In this document: one piece after another, positions 26,104 to 37,763 of the stretch
How the letters are laid out: the number at the start of each line of letters is the position of its first letter
How positions within the stretch are numbered: position 1 is the first letter of the stretch
DNA from: Octopus bimaculoides
Lineage: Eukaryota
DNA: 64,000 bases
NCBI RefSeq assembly: GCF_001194135.2
Contig: NC_068989.1
Span: 41,553,586 to 41,617,585, forward strand
Reading direction: 5' to 3'
The notes under the pieces: generated by a model
The model's database searches: none
What the model was told of the DNA's origin: nothing
What the model saw: the letters and a program-made list of their open reading frames with translations, nothing else
Position numbers and translations under genes: made by a program

Positions 26104-27082
26104 AAGAGGTTAGACAGAAAAAGTAATTGTAACTGACCTCTGAATGGGAAGACAAAAGACGTTTATCATGAAGCTTTGCAATAATCTTCAATTTGACAAA
26201 TTATATCATTGTTTTGATAAATATTGGTCAAGTTTGATAAATTTAATATGTATTCAATGCATGAAGTGTCATTGTTGGGCCCAAGGCCCAATGAGGAGCC
26301 CTTCATAGGAGCTAGCTTAAAAGCTGCTCTATCGGGCGGCTTTTAAGCTAGTCACCAATATGTCGTAATCACTGACTGTCAGATACACAACTTCTCTTCT
26401 CTGTCTCTTCTATTGCTTCAACAGATAGAACAATTTTTTTTAATAACCTTGGTATGCAATCTCTATCCCGGAGTCAATACATTTACCTTTCATTTTGACA
26501 TTTTTTCCTGACCAAGCACTTCACTAAATGATGTACTCAGTCCTCACTTTAGAGTTTACTTTCTAGAAGTCTCACTTTAAGTTTGTCCTGCTGACATCAA
26601 TCTTTGATCAGTTTTATTGTTCGTCCTTTTAGGGTTGTTTCAAAAACAATCAACCAATCCAGTGCAGTAGACTGGTGGAACTGTTAGAACAGCAGACTGA
26701 TGCCTTGTAGTATTCTGTTCTTTGCATACTGAGTTCAAATCCTGTCATGGACAACTTGGGTAATAGGTAGACTTAATCAGTCACACAACTTAGCAATTTG
26801 GATGCTTTTAATGGAGTTTGCTTTTTTCTAAAAAGTTGGGTCAGGTTTGTGGTTTGAGGATACCTTACTTTGTTTCTTCTCATTCACAAAGATCTTGTAA
26901 AAGATGACAGACACTCCCTTCCTCACCAAATGTATCATTAAAAAAAGTCTTAAAGGTTTTTCTGTGCCTCGCTTAAATTTTAATTCACATCATAGTTCAT
27001 AAATTGTCTTAAAGTTGTCTCATGCACTGAATGTATAAAACAATATTTCTGATTTCTTTAATGTCGATTTTTCTATTTTCAG

Positions 27083-27162
27083 GGAAAATTCTTGAAGATG
27101 AGAAAAAAATAGTTGACTATGATATAGAAGAAAGTAAATTTGTTGTTCTTATGGTAACTAAA
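27083..27162 (+). CDS. RAD23: RAD23 coding exon 3 (UBL C-terminal half, G-KILEDEKKIVDYDIEESKFVVLMVTK)
   Basis: ttttcag acceptor, AAA|gtaagt donor; 80 nt; completes the Gly codon from exon 2. Confidence 0.95.
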
Positions 27163-28058
27163 GTAAGTTTCCAAACTAAATTTCATTTTTAACTATTTAG
27201 AATAGTGTTTCTCAGTCATTTTTGTCCCACACCCAATTTAATAAACAGAAAAAATGTTCGACCTTCTCCCACCATGAATGAAAACTTTATTTTAAGTTTT
27301 ATTCATTTGTTGCTTATGACTTGTTTTGAAGTAATCTTCCCACCAAAATATTGCTAAGTCTATCTACAAGGGCATGCACCCTCCCTTGGAAAACATTAGT
27401 TTGGAATTTTCCATGTGGTAGATATTTTACTTTCAAAAGTTTAATTTCAAGGACAGAACTGTTAGTATTCTCCTAATAGAAACTGTTATCATCATCATCA
27501 TTTAACATTTGCTTTCAATGCTGGCACAGGGAGATCTCCAGACTGTCTGTTGTGGCATGGTTTCTATGGCTGGATGACCTTCCTAATGTCAACCACTTAA
27601 GAGTGTGCTGGGTACTTCTTATGTGCCACTGGCATGGATACGTTAACGCAGCACTGGCACAGGTGCATTTTATGTGGTACTGGCACCTGAAAGGACAAAC
27701 CTGTATGTGTGGAAGACAGCGATTTTACTTAACTTGACATGTCTTATCAAGTACATCAAAATTGCTGTTTCACCCAGTCCCTTGTCAGACAAAATATCTT
27801 AGTTTGAATTCAAATTCTACCAAGGTTGACTTTACCTTTCATTGTTTTGGGATGGGGTCGGTAAAATTAAGTACTAGTTAAATATTGGAGTTGATGGCAT
27901 CACCTCCCCTATATTTCAAGTTTTGTGTCTATGCTAAAAACAGTTAAGGACACCTAATTTGCAGATTTGTTAAAGCATTGGACAAACTACCTTGCAGTAT
28001 TTCTTTTGGTTCATTACATGTTAAGTTCATATCCTGTTGAAGTCAAATTTACCTTTAA

Positions 28059-28499
28059 CCTTTTAGCATTTAACCCTTTTGATACCAACCAATTTGAGAC
28101 TGCCCTAGGTTCTGTGACATAGAACTTAGTTTTTAAAGTGGTCTGAATTATAATCTTCCATCAAAATTTTATGCTAATTTGTTCCAGACCCTAGCTTAAT
28201 AATTAAAAAGTTATTTTACCAAATATTTCATTCTTTTAAAAATTAATTGAATCAAAGGTAGCATATGTTAACAGAAATTTGGAAACAAAAGGGTTAAACC
28301 AGCCACATTAGGCCCAAATATTCTATTTGTTTTATAGTCAAACCAGCCAGGCCTTGCCTTTCACACCTACCCAACTATGTCCTAAAAATAAACAATCACA
28401 TTATTGAAGTCTTGATGCTGTGAGATAATACATGATTAATTGAAAGCAACATAAGTAAATAGGCATTGTTTGATGGAGTATAATCTGAATGCTAAAAGG
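28059..28499. mobile_element. Family E MITE carrying a nested family F MITE (28074-28293)
   Basis: Outer TTAA at 28055-28058 and 28500-28503; inner TTAA duplicated at 28070-28073 and 28294-28297. Confidence 0.85.
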
Positions 28500-29058
28500 T
28501 TAATTCTTTCAGGGATGATAAAATGGGTACCTTTGCTGGTGATGTGTAAGAGACACTCATGCCAGTGACATGTGGGAGGCAGCCTCGCTAGTGACACATA
28601 AGAGGCATCCAGTACACACTGGAGTGGTTGGCATTAGGAAGGACATCCAGCCATAGAAACCACACCAAAACAGATGGCTTACCAGTTTCAGTCAAACTGT
28701 CTAACCCATGCCAGCATGGAAAACAGATGTTGAATGATCATTCAGCATCTGTTTATCTAATTGACTAATTACTTCCTCCAAATTGCTTGCTTTGAGCCTA
28801 AAGTGATATAGCTGATCATTCAATATGTTCTTAGTGATTTTCAAGAGTAACTGAAGAAATTAATGTTCATTTTGGATATTATTCCAAACTGGGACTTTTT
28901 TTACTGAGCACTTTGGAATGTCTACCTTGTACTAAGGTTAGACAAAGTGGTTTTCTTTTTTCTTTCTTTAAAAAAATATTTCAATTTTTATTTCACTGAC
29001 TTCAATGATATATGGGAACTGCCTGTAAAAGAAATTACATTGAAAGCAGCAAAACAGT

Positions 29059-29353
29059 TCATCATCATCATCATCATCATCGTCCGCTTTCCATGCTAGC
29101 ATGGGTTGGACGATTTGACTGAAGACTGGTGAAACCGGATGGCAACATCAGGCTCCAATCTGATTTGGCAGAGTTTCTACAGCTGGATGCCCTTCCTAAC
29201 GCCAACCGCTCAGAGAGTGTAGTGGGTGCTTTTACGTGTCACCCACACGAAGGCCAGTCAGGCAGTACTAGCAACGGCCACGCTCAAAATGGTGTATTTT
29301 ATGTGCCACCCGCACAAGAGCCAGTTCAGGGGCACTGGCAACGATCTCGCTCG
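29059..29353 (-). mobile_element. Young family D retroposon copy
   Basis: (tca)n tail on the left; close reverse-complement match to 30430-30720. Confidence 0.8.
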
Positions 29354-29785
29354 TTGTTATGAAATGGAAATTCAAAAAACAAAACAAAAAAGTAAGAAAA
29401 AAAAGTAATGAACACACAGACAGGAGAGTAAAAAAAAAATATTAAAAAAGACATTTCAGGTAAAAAAAAAAACTTAGTAATGCAGAAAGCATTTAACGAC
29501 AATACACATACTTGATCAAATGAAACTGTAATCAACATTATCCAAGTCCCATCATTTTCAAGTGTGCTTTCAAACAACAACAAAAAAATGAAAGGAACAT
29601 GGATATAGGCACAAGTATGACTGTGGTAAGAAGTTTGCTTCCAAACCACATGGTTCTGGGTTCAATCCCACTGAGTGGCACTTTAGGCAAGTGTCTTCTA
29701 ACTATAGCTTATGAGTGGATTTGGTAGGCAGAAACTGAAAGAAGCCCATCATGTACGTTATATATGATCAGAATACTATGATTTT

Positions 29786-29965
29786 CTTTTCTAGTATTGG
29801 CACAGGGCCTGAAATTTGTGGGAGGGGGATAGTTGATTTAATCAACCCCGAAAGGATGAAAGACAAAGTCGACCTCGGTGGAATTTGAACTCAAAATGTA
29901 GTGACGGGCGAAATATCGCTAAGCATTTCGTCCAGCATGCTAACGATTCTGCCAGCTTGCTGCCT
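29786..29965 (-). mobile_element. Family B SINE
   Basis: 18-bp TSD tcagaat(a/g)ctatgatttt at 29768-29785 and 29966-29983. Confidence 0.82.
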
Positions 29966-30362
29966 TCAGAATGCTATGATTTTGATGAGGATAACATTAG
30001 TTTTTTAAGGTTATTCAATTTTTCTCAACTGATCAATGGACCAATTGAGTAAACTGATCAATGACTGAGTCTGTAACGACTATTGGAAACAGCTGTAAAT
30101 CAAATGTACTACAATAAAAGAATATGAGTGCTGGTTTGTTACATTTGTGACCCTATTATAGATAGGTAGTCAGTGCCAATGTAATTTTCAGCATTATGTG
30201 TTCAGATGGAGTCGCCATGGACATATAAGTTATAGAATTACGAGATCAGGAAATAAAACGGAAGTTGCGTCCTGTAGAAGCATATTCTTGCCAATGTCGT
30301 CTCCTTCATTGGACAGGAAACTCAGCTTGCGAAGACTTATTGGGGCAAGCGAATAGCGAAAT

Positions 30363-30722
30363 CTGGATAGCACCTGTGCCCAGTGTCGCCTTTCTGGCAC
30401 TTGTGCCCGTGACATGTGTAAGGATTTTCAAGCGAGATCGTTGCCAGTGCCCCTGGACTGGCCCTTGTGCAGGTGGCACATAAAATACACCATTTTGAGC
30501 GTGGCCGTTGCCAGTACCACCTGACTGGCCTTCGTGCGGGTGACACGTAAAAGCACCCACTACACTCTCTGAGTGGTTGGCGTTAGGAAGGGCATCCAGC
30601 TGTAGAAACTGCCAAATCAGATTGGAGGCTGGTGTTGCCATCCGGTTTCACCAGTCCTCAGTCAAATCGTCCAACCGATGTTAGCATGGAAAGCGGATGT
30701 TAAACGATGATGATGATGATGA
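30363..30722 (+). mobile_element. Young family D retroposon copy
   Basis: Three tandem units followed by the (gat)n tail; older copies near 2590, 16730, 20460, 27485(-), 28530, 43225(-), 53495, 59040(-), 60880. Confidence 0.8.
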
Positions 30723-31636
30723 AATATGGTATCGTAAAGATTTCAAAAAATTGGGAGGAGCATCTCTCTGGTAAGAAAGGCAAAGCCCCTTTTCTGTTAG
30801 GACGAATCTGTTTCCTAACTGACTAAAATAACTTCACAACCATATGAAAAACCAACAAATATTTCATGGTGCAAGGGTAATCCAGACAAAGTAATGATCA
30901 AGCAGGAGATGGAACCAAAAAAAGAACTCCAAAATGATTGAATATTACTAAATTTTTTCCAGGATCTTTTATAGTTTTACATGTCAACTATCCACATTAT
31001 GACCACTCTTACGAAACAGCTCCTTGTGGAGCATTGTAATATCAATATCAGCATTGAAAATGTATGTTAAATGATGATGGTATATATTGTAAAATTTGTG
31101 TTGATGACATACTTCAGCCAATCTGTTCTGAGCTGTCAGGCAAAATCCTAGTCAACACAAAGTTTTACAAGAAATTTAGCTCTACTCTGTTGAGTGTCCC
31201 CAATCCCTAGTCGGTAAATGTTTTATTCTTAAATCTGTTTCAAAATAGCATCATATTAACATCTCTATATATTGTGTTTTATTATTCTATTTTATACTGT
31301 GTATTTGTTTGTATGCTTCCCCATATATTTTTTAATTGGTCTCTTTTTATATTGTATAATCATCTTCATGTAATTTATCTGTCCCATCTTACTCCATATT
31401 TCAAGTCTTCTGTTTAACATACATTGCATTTTATTGTATCTCTTTGAGCTCTTGCAGCTAAAAAAGAAAAAGATTAGTGCTGTTGACAGTGCTAGCAACA
31501 GAATACTGAAGTAACAATAGTGCTATTTTTATCAGCGACAATATTTAGTTTAATCTGTTCAGAATCCAAATCTTGCTGAGGCTGGCTTTTTGTTGACCTC
31601 TCTGGGACTGATTAAATGTATACAAGGCAAATATTG

Positions 31637-32839
31637 TGCTTAAGCTGCCACAAAGTATTAACATCTAACTATCTATACCAATCATTACTGTGGTTGCTCT
31701 GTTGGCAGACTTGGTGAGCTATCAGGAATTTATAACTTAGAATACCTTCTTGTCGTCAACAGTTGATACTGTCATCACTATACTGGTTGTAGAAGTTTTC
31801 TTGTCAGGTTTGAAATCTTGTCCAATTGGAAAATAACGAACACAAATAATTTTATACACATGCATAGCCATTAACCTTTTTGTTACCATATTTCTGATGA
31901 AATTTGCTACTTTTGTTTCAGTTTTTAAAACCATGAAGAAGTTAGTAAAATAACTTTGTTGTTATTGAGCTAGAACAAATCAAATTGATTTAATAAATAA
32001 CATCTTTCTCTTATGAATCTATAGTTGTGGTTTCAAGTGAAAAATAAAATCATGTTTTTTCTTTTTTTTAATTAAACAGAGTAAGCCTCAGCTGGCCAAA
32101 GTATCAGAGGGTTCAACATCCCAGGGAGAAACTGCTAGTGCTGCCTCATCAGAGAAGTCTGTACCTGCTACCACTCAGGGAGCATCAGCCACCCCTACAT
32201 CAGACAGTGGCTCTTCTCAAAGTTCGAAAGGCTCACAAGGTAGTGAAGCAGACAAATCTACTGCTGACGCTAACCCTGAATCGCAAGCTACAGAAATTAC
32301 TTCAGAGTAAGTATGGGTCTTAACTGGCTGTAGTGTCTTTGTTGATTGTGTTTAATGAATTTTCACATCTTCGATACACCACAACATTTTTGTCTAGCAG
32401 GACTAATGGAAGAGTATTTATGATGATTCAGTATTTGGCTAAAGAAATATGAAATGGCTGATTTAAATAAAGTAGATGTTACTGCTTAACCTGCTGCAAA
32501 GTATTAACATCTATCTATCTATCTATACCAATCATTGTTGTGGTTGCTTTGTTGACATATTTGATGAGCTATCAGGAATTTATAACTAGAATACCTTCTT
32601 GTTGTCAACATTCAATACTGTTATCGCCACACTGGTTGTAGAAGTTTTCTTGTCAGGTTTGAAATCTTGTCCAATTGAAAAATAATGAACACAGATAATT
32701 CTATGCACATGCATACCCATTGACCTTTTTGTTACCATATTTCTGATGAAATTTGCTGCGTTTGTTTCAACTCCGAAAATCATGAAGAATTTAGTAAAAA
32801 AGCTTTGTTGTTATTGAGCTAGAATACGGATCAAATTAA
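31637..32839 (+). repeat. Pair of about 350-bp direct repeats (31637-31988 and 32483-32839) flanking RAD23 exon 4
   Basis: Read directly; roughly 85% identical by eye; each ends in a family F MITE piece. Confidence 0.9.
32080..32306 (+). CDS. RAD23: RAD23 coding exon 4 (Ser/Thr/Ala-rich linker, SKPQLAKVSEGSTSQ...QATEITS-D)
   Basis: Polypyrimidine tract plus aaacag acceptor, GA|gtaagt donor; 227 nt open frame; phases fit exons 3 and 5. Confidence 0.88.
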
Positions 32840-33009
32840 TATAAAACTTTGAAGAAAAATTTGAATCAAGATCACTTTAAAACAGGAAGTTTGCATCAGA
32901 AAATCTGGGGCAGTCTCATGCAGGTTGGTATAAAAGGCTTCGTGGACAAATGTTGCATATTGTTAAAAAGGCTTTGTGGACGAATGTTGCATATTGTTAA
33001 AGACAAAAT

Positions 33010-33228
33010 ATTGATTTCAAACTTTGGCACAAGGCCAGCAATTTCGGTGGGAAGGGTGAATCAATTACATCAACTGCAGTGCTCAGTCAGTACTTATTTT
33101 ATCAACCCCTGAAAGGATGAAAAGCAAAGTTGGCCTTAGTGGAATTTGAACTCAGAATATAAAGATAGATGAAATGCTGCTAAGCATTTTGCCCGGTGTG
33201 CTAATGATTCTGCTAGCTTGCCAACTTA
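33010..33228 (-). mobile_element. Family B SINE
   Basis: Full reverse-complement match to the family head and core. Confidence 0.75.
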
Positions 33229-33768
33229 GTTAAAGAAACAAATGTTAAATGCATAAAGAAATGATTATGTACAGCAATGGTTTAAAATGGCTTTATAATT
33301 AGGAAGCTAATTACTACAACATGATCTATTCAAATTCTGCTTGAATCATTGTATTGAGGTCTGTTGCATGGTGTTTTATTCTTATTGCCTCAGTTTACCT
33401 TGTTGAAAATAGGCAATACTCCTCATGACCTGGGTAACTTGTTGTGTATTTATAATGTTAATAAGCATCTATGCAAATGATCAAGGAAAATTATTTCAAC
33501 CTCATTAAAATAGGACTTGATGGTGAAATATTTGTTTTAAAGGTTAAGCCTGACTTAAAGAAATTGATGTGAAATATATTTTGTATGTTTTTACATTGCA
33601 ACTCCATGTTCAATTATCCTACATTTTGGTGGGGTTTTTTGTGAGTCTTGGCTCTGAGCATTCAGTTCAGCTAGCTGAATTCCAGCTTAATGAAATTAAT
33701 GTCTATGTGGTTGAGTATTCCACTAGCACTTGAACCTTTAACACAATTTGAAGGCCAAATCAGTATTA

Positions 33769-33973
33769 TGATAGCTCACCAAATATGTCAACAGAGCAAC
33801 CACAGCAATGATTGGTATAGATAGATAGATGTTAATACTTTGCTACAGCTTAAGCAGTAACATTTACTTTATTTAAATCAGCCGTTTCATATTTCTTTAG
33901 CCAAATACTGAATCATCATAAATACTTTTCCATTAGTCCTGCTAGACAAAAATGTTGTGTATCTAGAATGTGA
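33769..33973 (-). repeat. Inverted copy of 32363-32574
   Basis: Reverse complement aligns over about 205 bp at roughly 90% or higher identity. Confidence 0.9.
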
Positions 33974-34874
33974 GGGACCGATAATTGTCTCCAGTGGAGT
34001 TGATAAAATTATCAACCCTGAAAGGCTAAAGGTTGACTTGGTAGGATTTGAACTTAGTGTGTAGAGAGTTGACACACATTGCAAGGCGTTTTATCCAATG
34101 TTCATATGATTCTGCTAATTAGCCATCTTGCTTGTTACCATTAATCACAAGATTATCTGTTAATCATTCACTGATAATATACAGATAGTGTCATGACATG
34201 TAGCACTCAGCTGAACTTTGCCATTTGTTTAAATTAGTTCATTTCTTTGAACTGGGGTTTAGTTTGTGTTTTGACAAGTTTGCAATTTGTGTGCATAGCA
34301 TTGTGTCAAATACATCAATTATGGTATACCTTAGAACTCCTTTCCTGTTGTTGCTTTGTGACTTCTTGACTCTGATTGAACAGACCTATGATCAGTGGTG
34401 TTCCAACCATAACAGTACTCTCCTATTGTATATCTTGGACTTCATCAACTAATGTGTCTTCCTTTTTTTAAGATGGGTGGTAGAGTGATTTGTGTCAAAA
34501 TTTGAAAGAATCCTCCTTCCTTTTTGCTGGCTGAATTGTTAGCACACTGGGCAAAAGCTTAACAGCACTTCTTCCAGCTTGACTTCTGAATTATCAGTTT
34601 TTCAGGTCGATAAAATAAGTACCAGCTGAACACTGGAGCTAATGTAATCCCCCTCCCATAAAATTTCAGGCCTTGTGCCTATATTAGAAAATGATTATTA
34701 TTCTATTGACTACAGCATTTATAGGAATGTAGTTATTCTACACCAAATGTATTTTGAAGTTCGACATGATTCTCATGATTGTGACATTCAGTTTAGGAAA
34801 TGAAAAATTTCCAAATTTAAGCTGTCTTTATAAGTGCTAAGTATAATTTTTCCATTTTTTTTTTCTTTTTCTAG

Positions 34875-35103
34875 CTCTGATGATATAAGTACTCTGGCAA
34901 CCGAGACAGCCACAGCCCTGGCTGCAGCCATCGATGAACCATTATCTGTCTTGCAATCCGCAGAAAGTGCATTGGTGACTGGTCAGGACTATGAAAATAT
35001 GGTGCTGGAAATTATGAAACTTGGTTTTGATCGAGAGCAAGTTGAGCGAGCTTTAAGAGTCAATTTCAACAACCCTGATAGAGCTGTGGAGTATTTGTAT
35101 AAT
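34875..35103 (+). CDS. RAD23: RAD23 coding exon 5 (UBA1: [46 protein letters not shown])
   Basis: ttttctag acceptor, AAT|gtaagc donor; 229 nt; [11 protein letters not shown] signature of RAD23 UBA1. Confidence 0.96.
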
Positions 35104-36340
35104 GTAAGCAATGCTTTGAGCTGTTTTCAAAATACATGTTTATCGAGGAGTGAAATGAAACAACAGTTTTTGTTTTTTTTTTAAATATTATAATAATCAT
35201 TTCATTTTATGAGTTTTTTCTTTTCTGCATGGTTGCATTCTAATTAAACAAGTAAATAAATCTAATTACAAAATATAGTAGAAATGTGTAAATATATTAA
35301 AAATATAGCAGAAATATTTAGCTCAAAGATCATATAACTAGGTGTCATGGCAAGAGACTGTCATAGATATGAATACCACAGCAGCCATATGACTTGAGTT
35401 TCATTGTTATCACTTGCTGATTTGGTTCTTCAGCAGTAGCAGCAGCATTGCTTTAATGTCTACTTTTCTATGCATGAGTCAGACAAGTTGTTGAGAGCGA
35501 TTTTCTGATGCTAAGTGCCCTTCCTGGTTGGATGTCATAATTAATGATCTCCTTAATTACTGAGTGGATATTTGAGTAGTAAGTTTAATAAATCCTCTGG
35601 TTTAACACCACACCACTTGGTATTTGAGTGTCCTTACTAAATCTCACTCTTTTGTAGATTATTCAGACCTGACCCCTGAAGAAAAATTGTCTTGAGGATC
35701 CATTTCTGATCATCTTCACTTTGCAGAGTGTCCTGTTTAGCGAAGGACTGAGGCCAGAAAGTACAGGGTGACACTCCCGGAAGTTATCCTGGTTTGTAAC
35801 TGGTGTTCTGTAAACCAAGAAGCCCACTTACAACCACTCCTAGTTTGACTACTTAAAGACATTGAAACTGATAGTTTCTGGAAAGTCATGAATTGCAATT
35901 TTTTTTTTTTTTAAAAAGCAAAGAAAATCTTGGGCCATATGCTCTTTTCAGCCTCTGACATTTTCAAAGAGATTCAGGAGATTGGTTAATAAATCAGTAA
36001 ATATTCTCTTGCCATCATTGTGCTAAGTCTGCCCTAATATAATAGCCTTCTGGTCTCCTCCAAAATACCTTATGTCTTTCATTTTGTATCTTGTTCAGTC
36101 AAGGTTCCAGACATGGTTCCTTTGGATTTCGTTGTTTTCAAACTCCCTCACTTCCCAAATTTTACCTCTGTTAACTAATAGAAATTTTAGGAATCTCATA
36201 TTATATGATGAGAGAATGAACTGTATTTTGTAAGATTGTTGTCTCGGAAACCCTATTCAAAAGTATAGCTTACCTACAACTTAATGTTTGTTGTGCTGGG
36301 ATTTACACTGTTTCCTGTTCTTTACTGTTCTGTCTGAAAG

Positions 36341-36458
36341 GGAGGTAGTGCTCAGGATGTGGAGCCAGGAATAATGGAAGAGGCATTATCTGGCAGTGAA
36401 ACTAATGTAACCAGTTCCAGTACTCCTCTTCAGTCTGCTACAACACCATCCTCTTCTG
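36341..36458 (+). CDS. RAD23: RAD23 coding exon 6 (linker GGSAQDVEPGIMEEALSGSETNVTSSSTPLQSATTPSSS-D)
   Basis: Pyrimidine-rich tract plus tgaaag acceptor, G|gtaatg donor; 118 nt (phase 0 to 1) bridges exons 5 and 7 in frame. Confidence 0.8.
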
Positions 36459-36590
36459 GTAATGTATTCTTCTTTAATTGTTACAATTTTCTTGTTAAAC
36501 TTTTGTCTTAAATCTCTGTCAAACATCACTCATGACAGATGGGTTGGTTGGTCTTTCTTCTCTTTAACTGTTTCTGACACCAACTTTTAA

Positions 36591-36797
36591 TCCTTTAGCA
36601 TTCAAATTACTATATTAGATGTAATGTGTATTTATTCACATTGTTTTGAAATAACCATGCATTATATCATAGCTTCGAGATTTTAATGTGATTGTTTAAC
36701 TAAAGAATGACAATGTAGGATAGGTGTGAGAAGCCAGTTTGAACATGAAACAAGTAGAATATTTGGACTTGATATGGCCATATTAAATGTTAAAAAG
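36591..36797. mobile_element. TTAA-flanked piggyBac-type MITE, family E
   Basis: TTAA at 36587-36590 and 36798-36801; full-length match to other E copies. Confidence 0.75.
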
Positions 36798-37763
36798 TTA
36801 AACTGCTAGAATGTCTGTGTGCTTGATATTGGTGAGATGGAACTTCAATAGCAATTTTATGTGGAAAGAATTCATTTGGAGTCTTATGGCAGTTATGAGT
36901 CTACAGGCTCATTAGACCAGAACTTAACCTAATATCCATGGCATGTAAATAACAGAATATAATACTCACCCTTAAATGGGATACCAGTCTGTCACAAAGT
37001 CAGCTTGTAATTTTTGTTACATTGTGTAGTTCTGGCTGTTTTGTTTAGTATTTTATTAGTTTGCTGTGCCAAATTCAATTCTAGCTGCAATAGACCTGTA
37101 TTCTCTCGAATATAAACTTATCTCCTTAAGGATATCCTTGAAATACTTATTGTCCCTTTGCATTCAGATTTAAACTGTACCTTTTCAACCTTGCAATATT
37201 AGTAAAATATTTAAGGTTTCTAACTATATGGTCTCAAGTTCTATCTTGCTGCATGGCACCTTGAGTGTTTTCTGTAGCAGGTAGCTGACCTGTGAGTGCC
37301 TTTAGTAAATGAAAACCATTAGGAAGCCTGTTGTGTGTGTGTGTGTGTGTGTGTGTGTGCATGCGTAAGTGTTTTATATACTGCATAAAAATGTTGATAA
37401 AAGCAGTGATATTATGTTGACATTTACTCTCAGCAAATTCTTTTGCTGTGCACTTTTCAAAACCAGTACAAAAGTCCTTTACTTGAAAAACAAGTAACAG
37501 TCAATGACGAGAAAGGCTTCTGGCTGTGAAACAATAAACAATGCCTTAATAATATGTATTTGTTCAATCTGTGTTGGTATGAGAAAATGGATGAATACTG
37601 GATTTAGTTTTATTGACTTGTGTGTGTGTGTGTGTGCATTTCCTGTTAGTGTGTGTTTTTTAAACTTTTAAACCATCTGGAAATACCTAGCTTTACTTTC
37701 CTCTAGTAACTTTTCTTTAATATTCTCTATCTTTCTTCATTTTATTCTCTTTAAATTTTACAG

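Noticed and set aside
25923-26126. ORF rich in Met/Val/Asp/Glu/Arg
   Set aside because: Translation of (ggt/gat)n and (ag)n simple repeats.
30363-30560. CRISPR-like or known ribozyme (hammerhead, HDV, pistol, twister) reading of the tandem units
   Set aside because: The units are degenerate internal duplications in a eukaryotic retroposon. I could not place the conserved catalytic cores of these ribozymes.
29129-30641. Recurrent ORFs with QLDALPNAN / GHAQNGVFYV peptides (also 18592-18951)
   Set aside because: Chance frames in family D retroposon copies with no recognisable domain.
31737-32783. Two similar 65-aa minus-strand ORFs (…NFIRNMVTKR…DKKTSTTS…)
   Set aside because: By-product of the 350-bp direct repeat plus a MITE end. 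The same NMVTK frame appears in the MITE at 3279. No splice or domain support.
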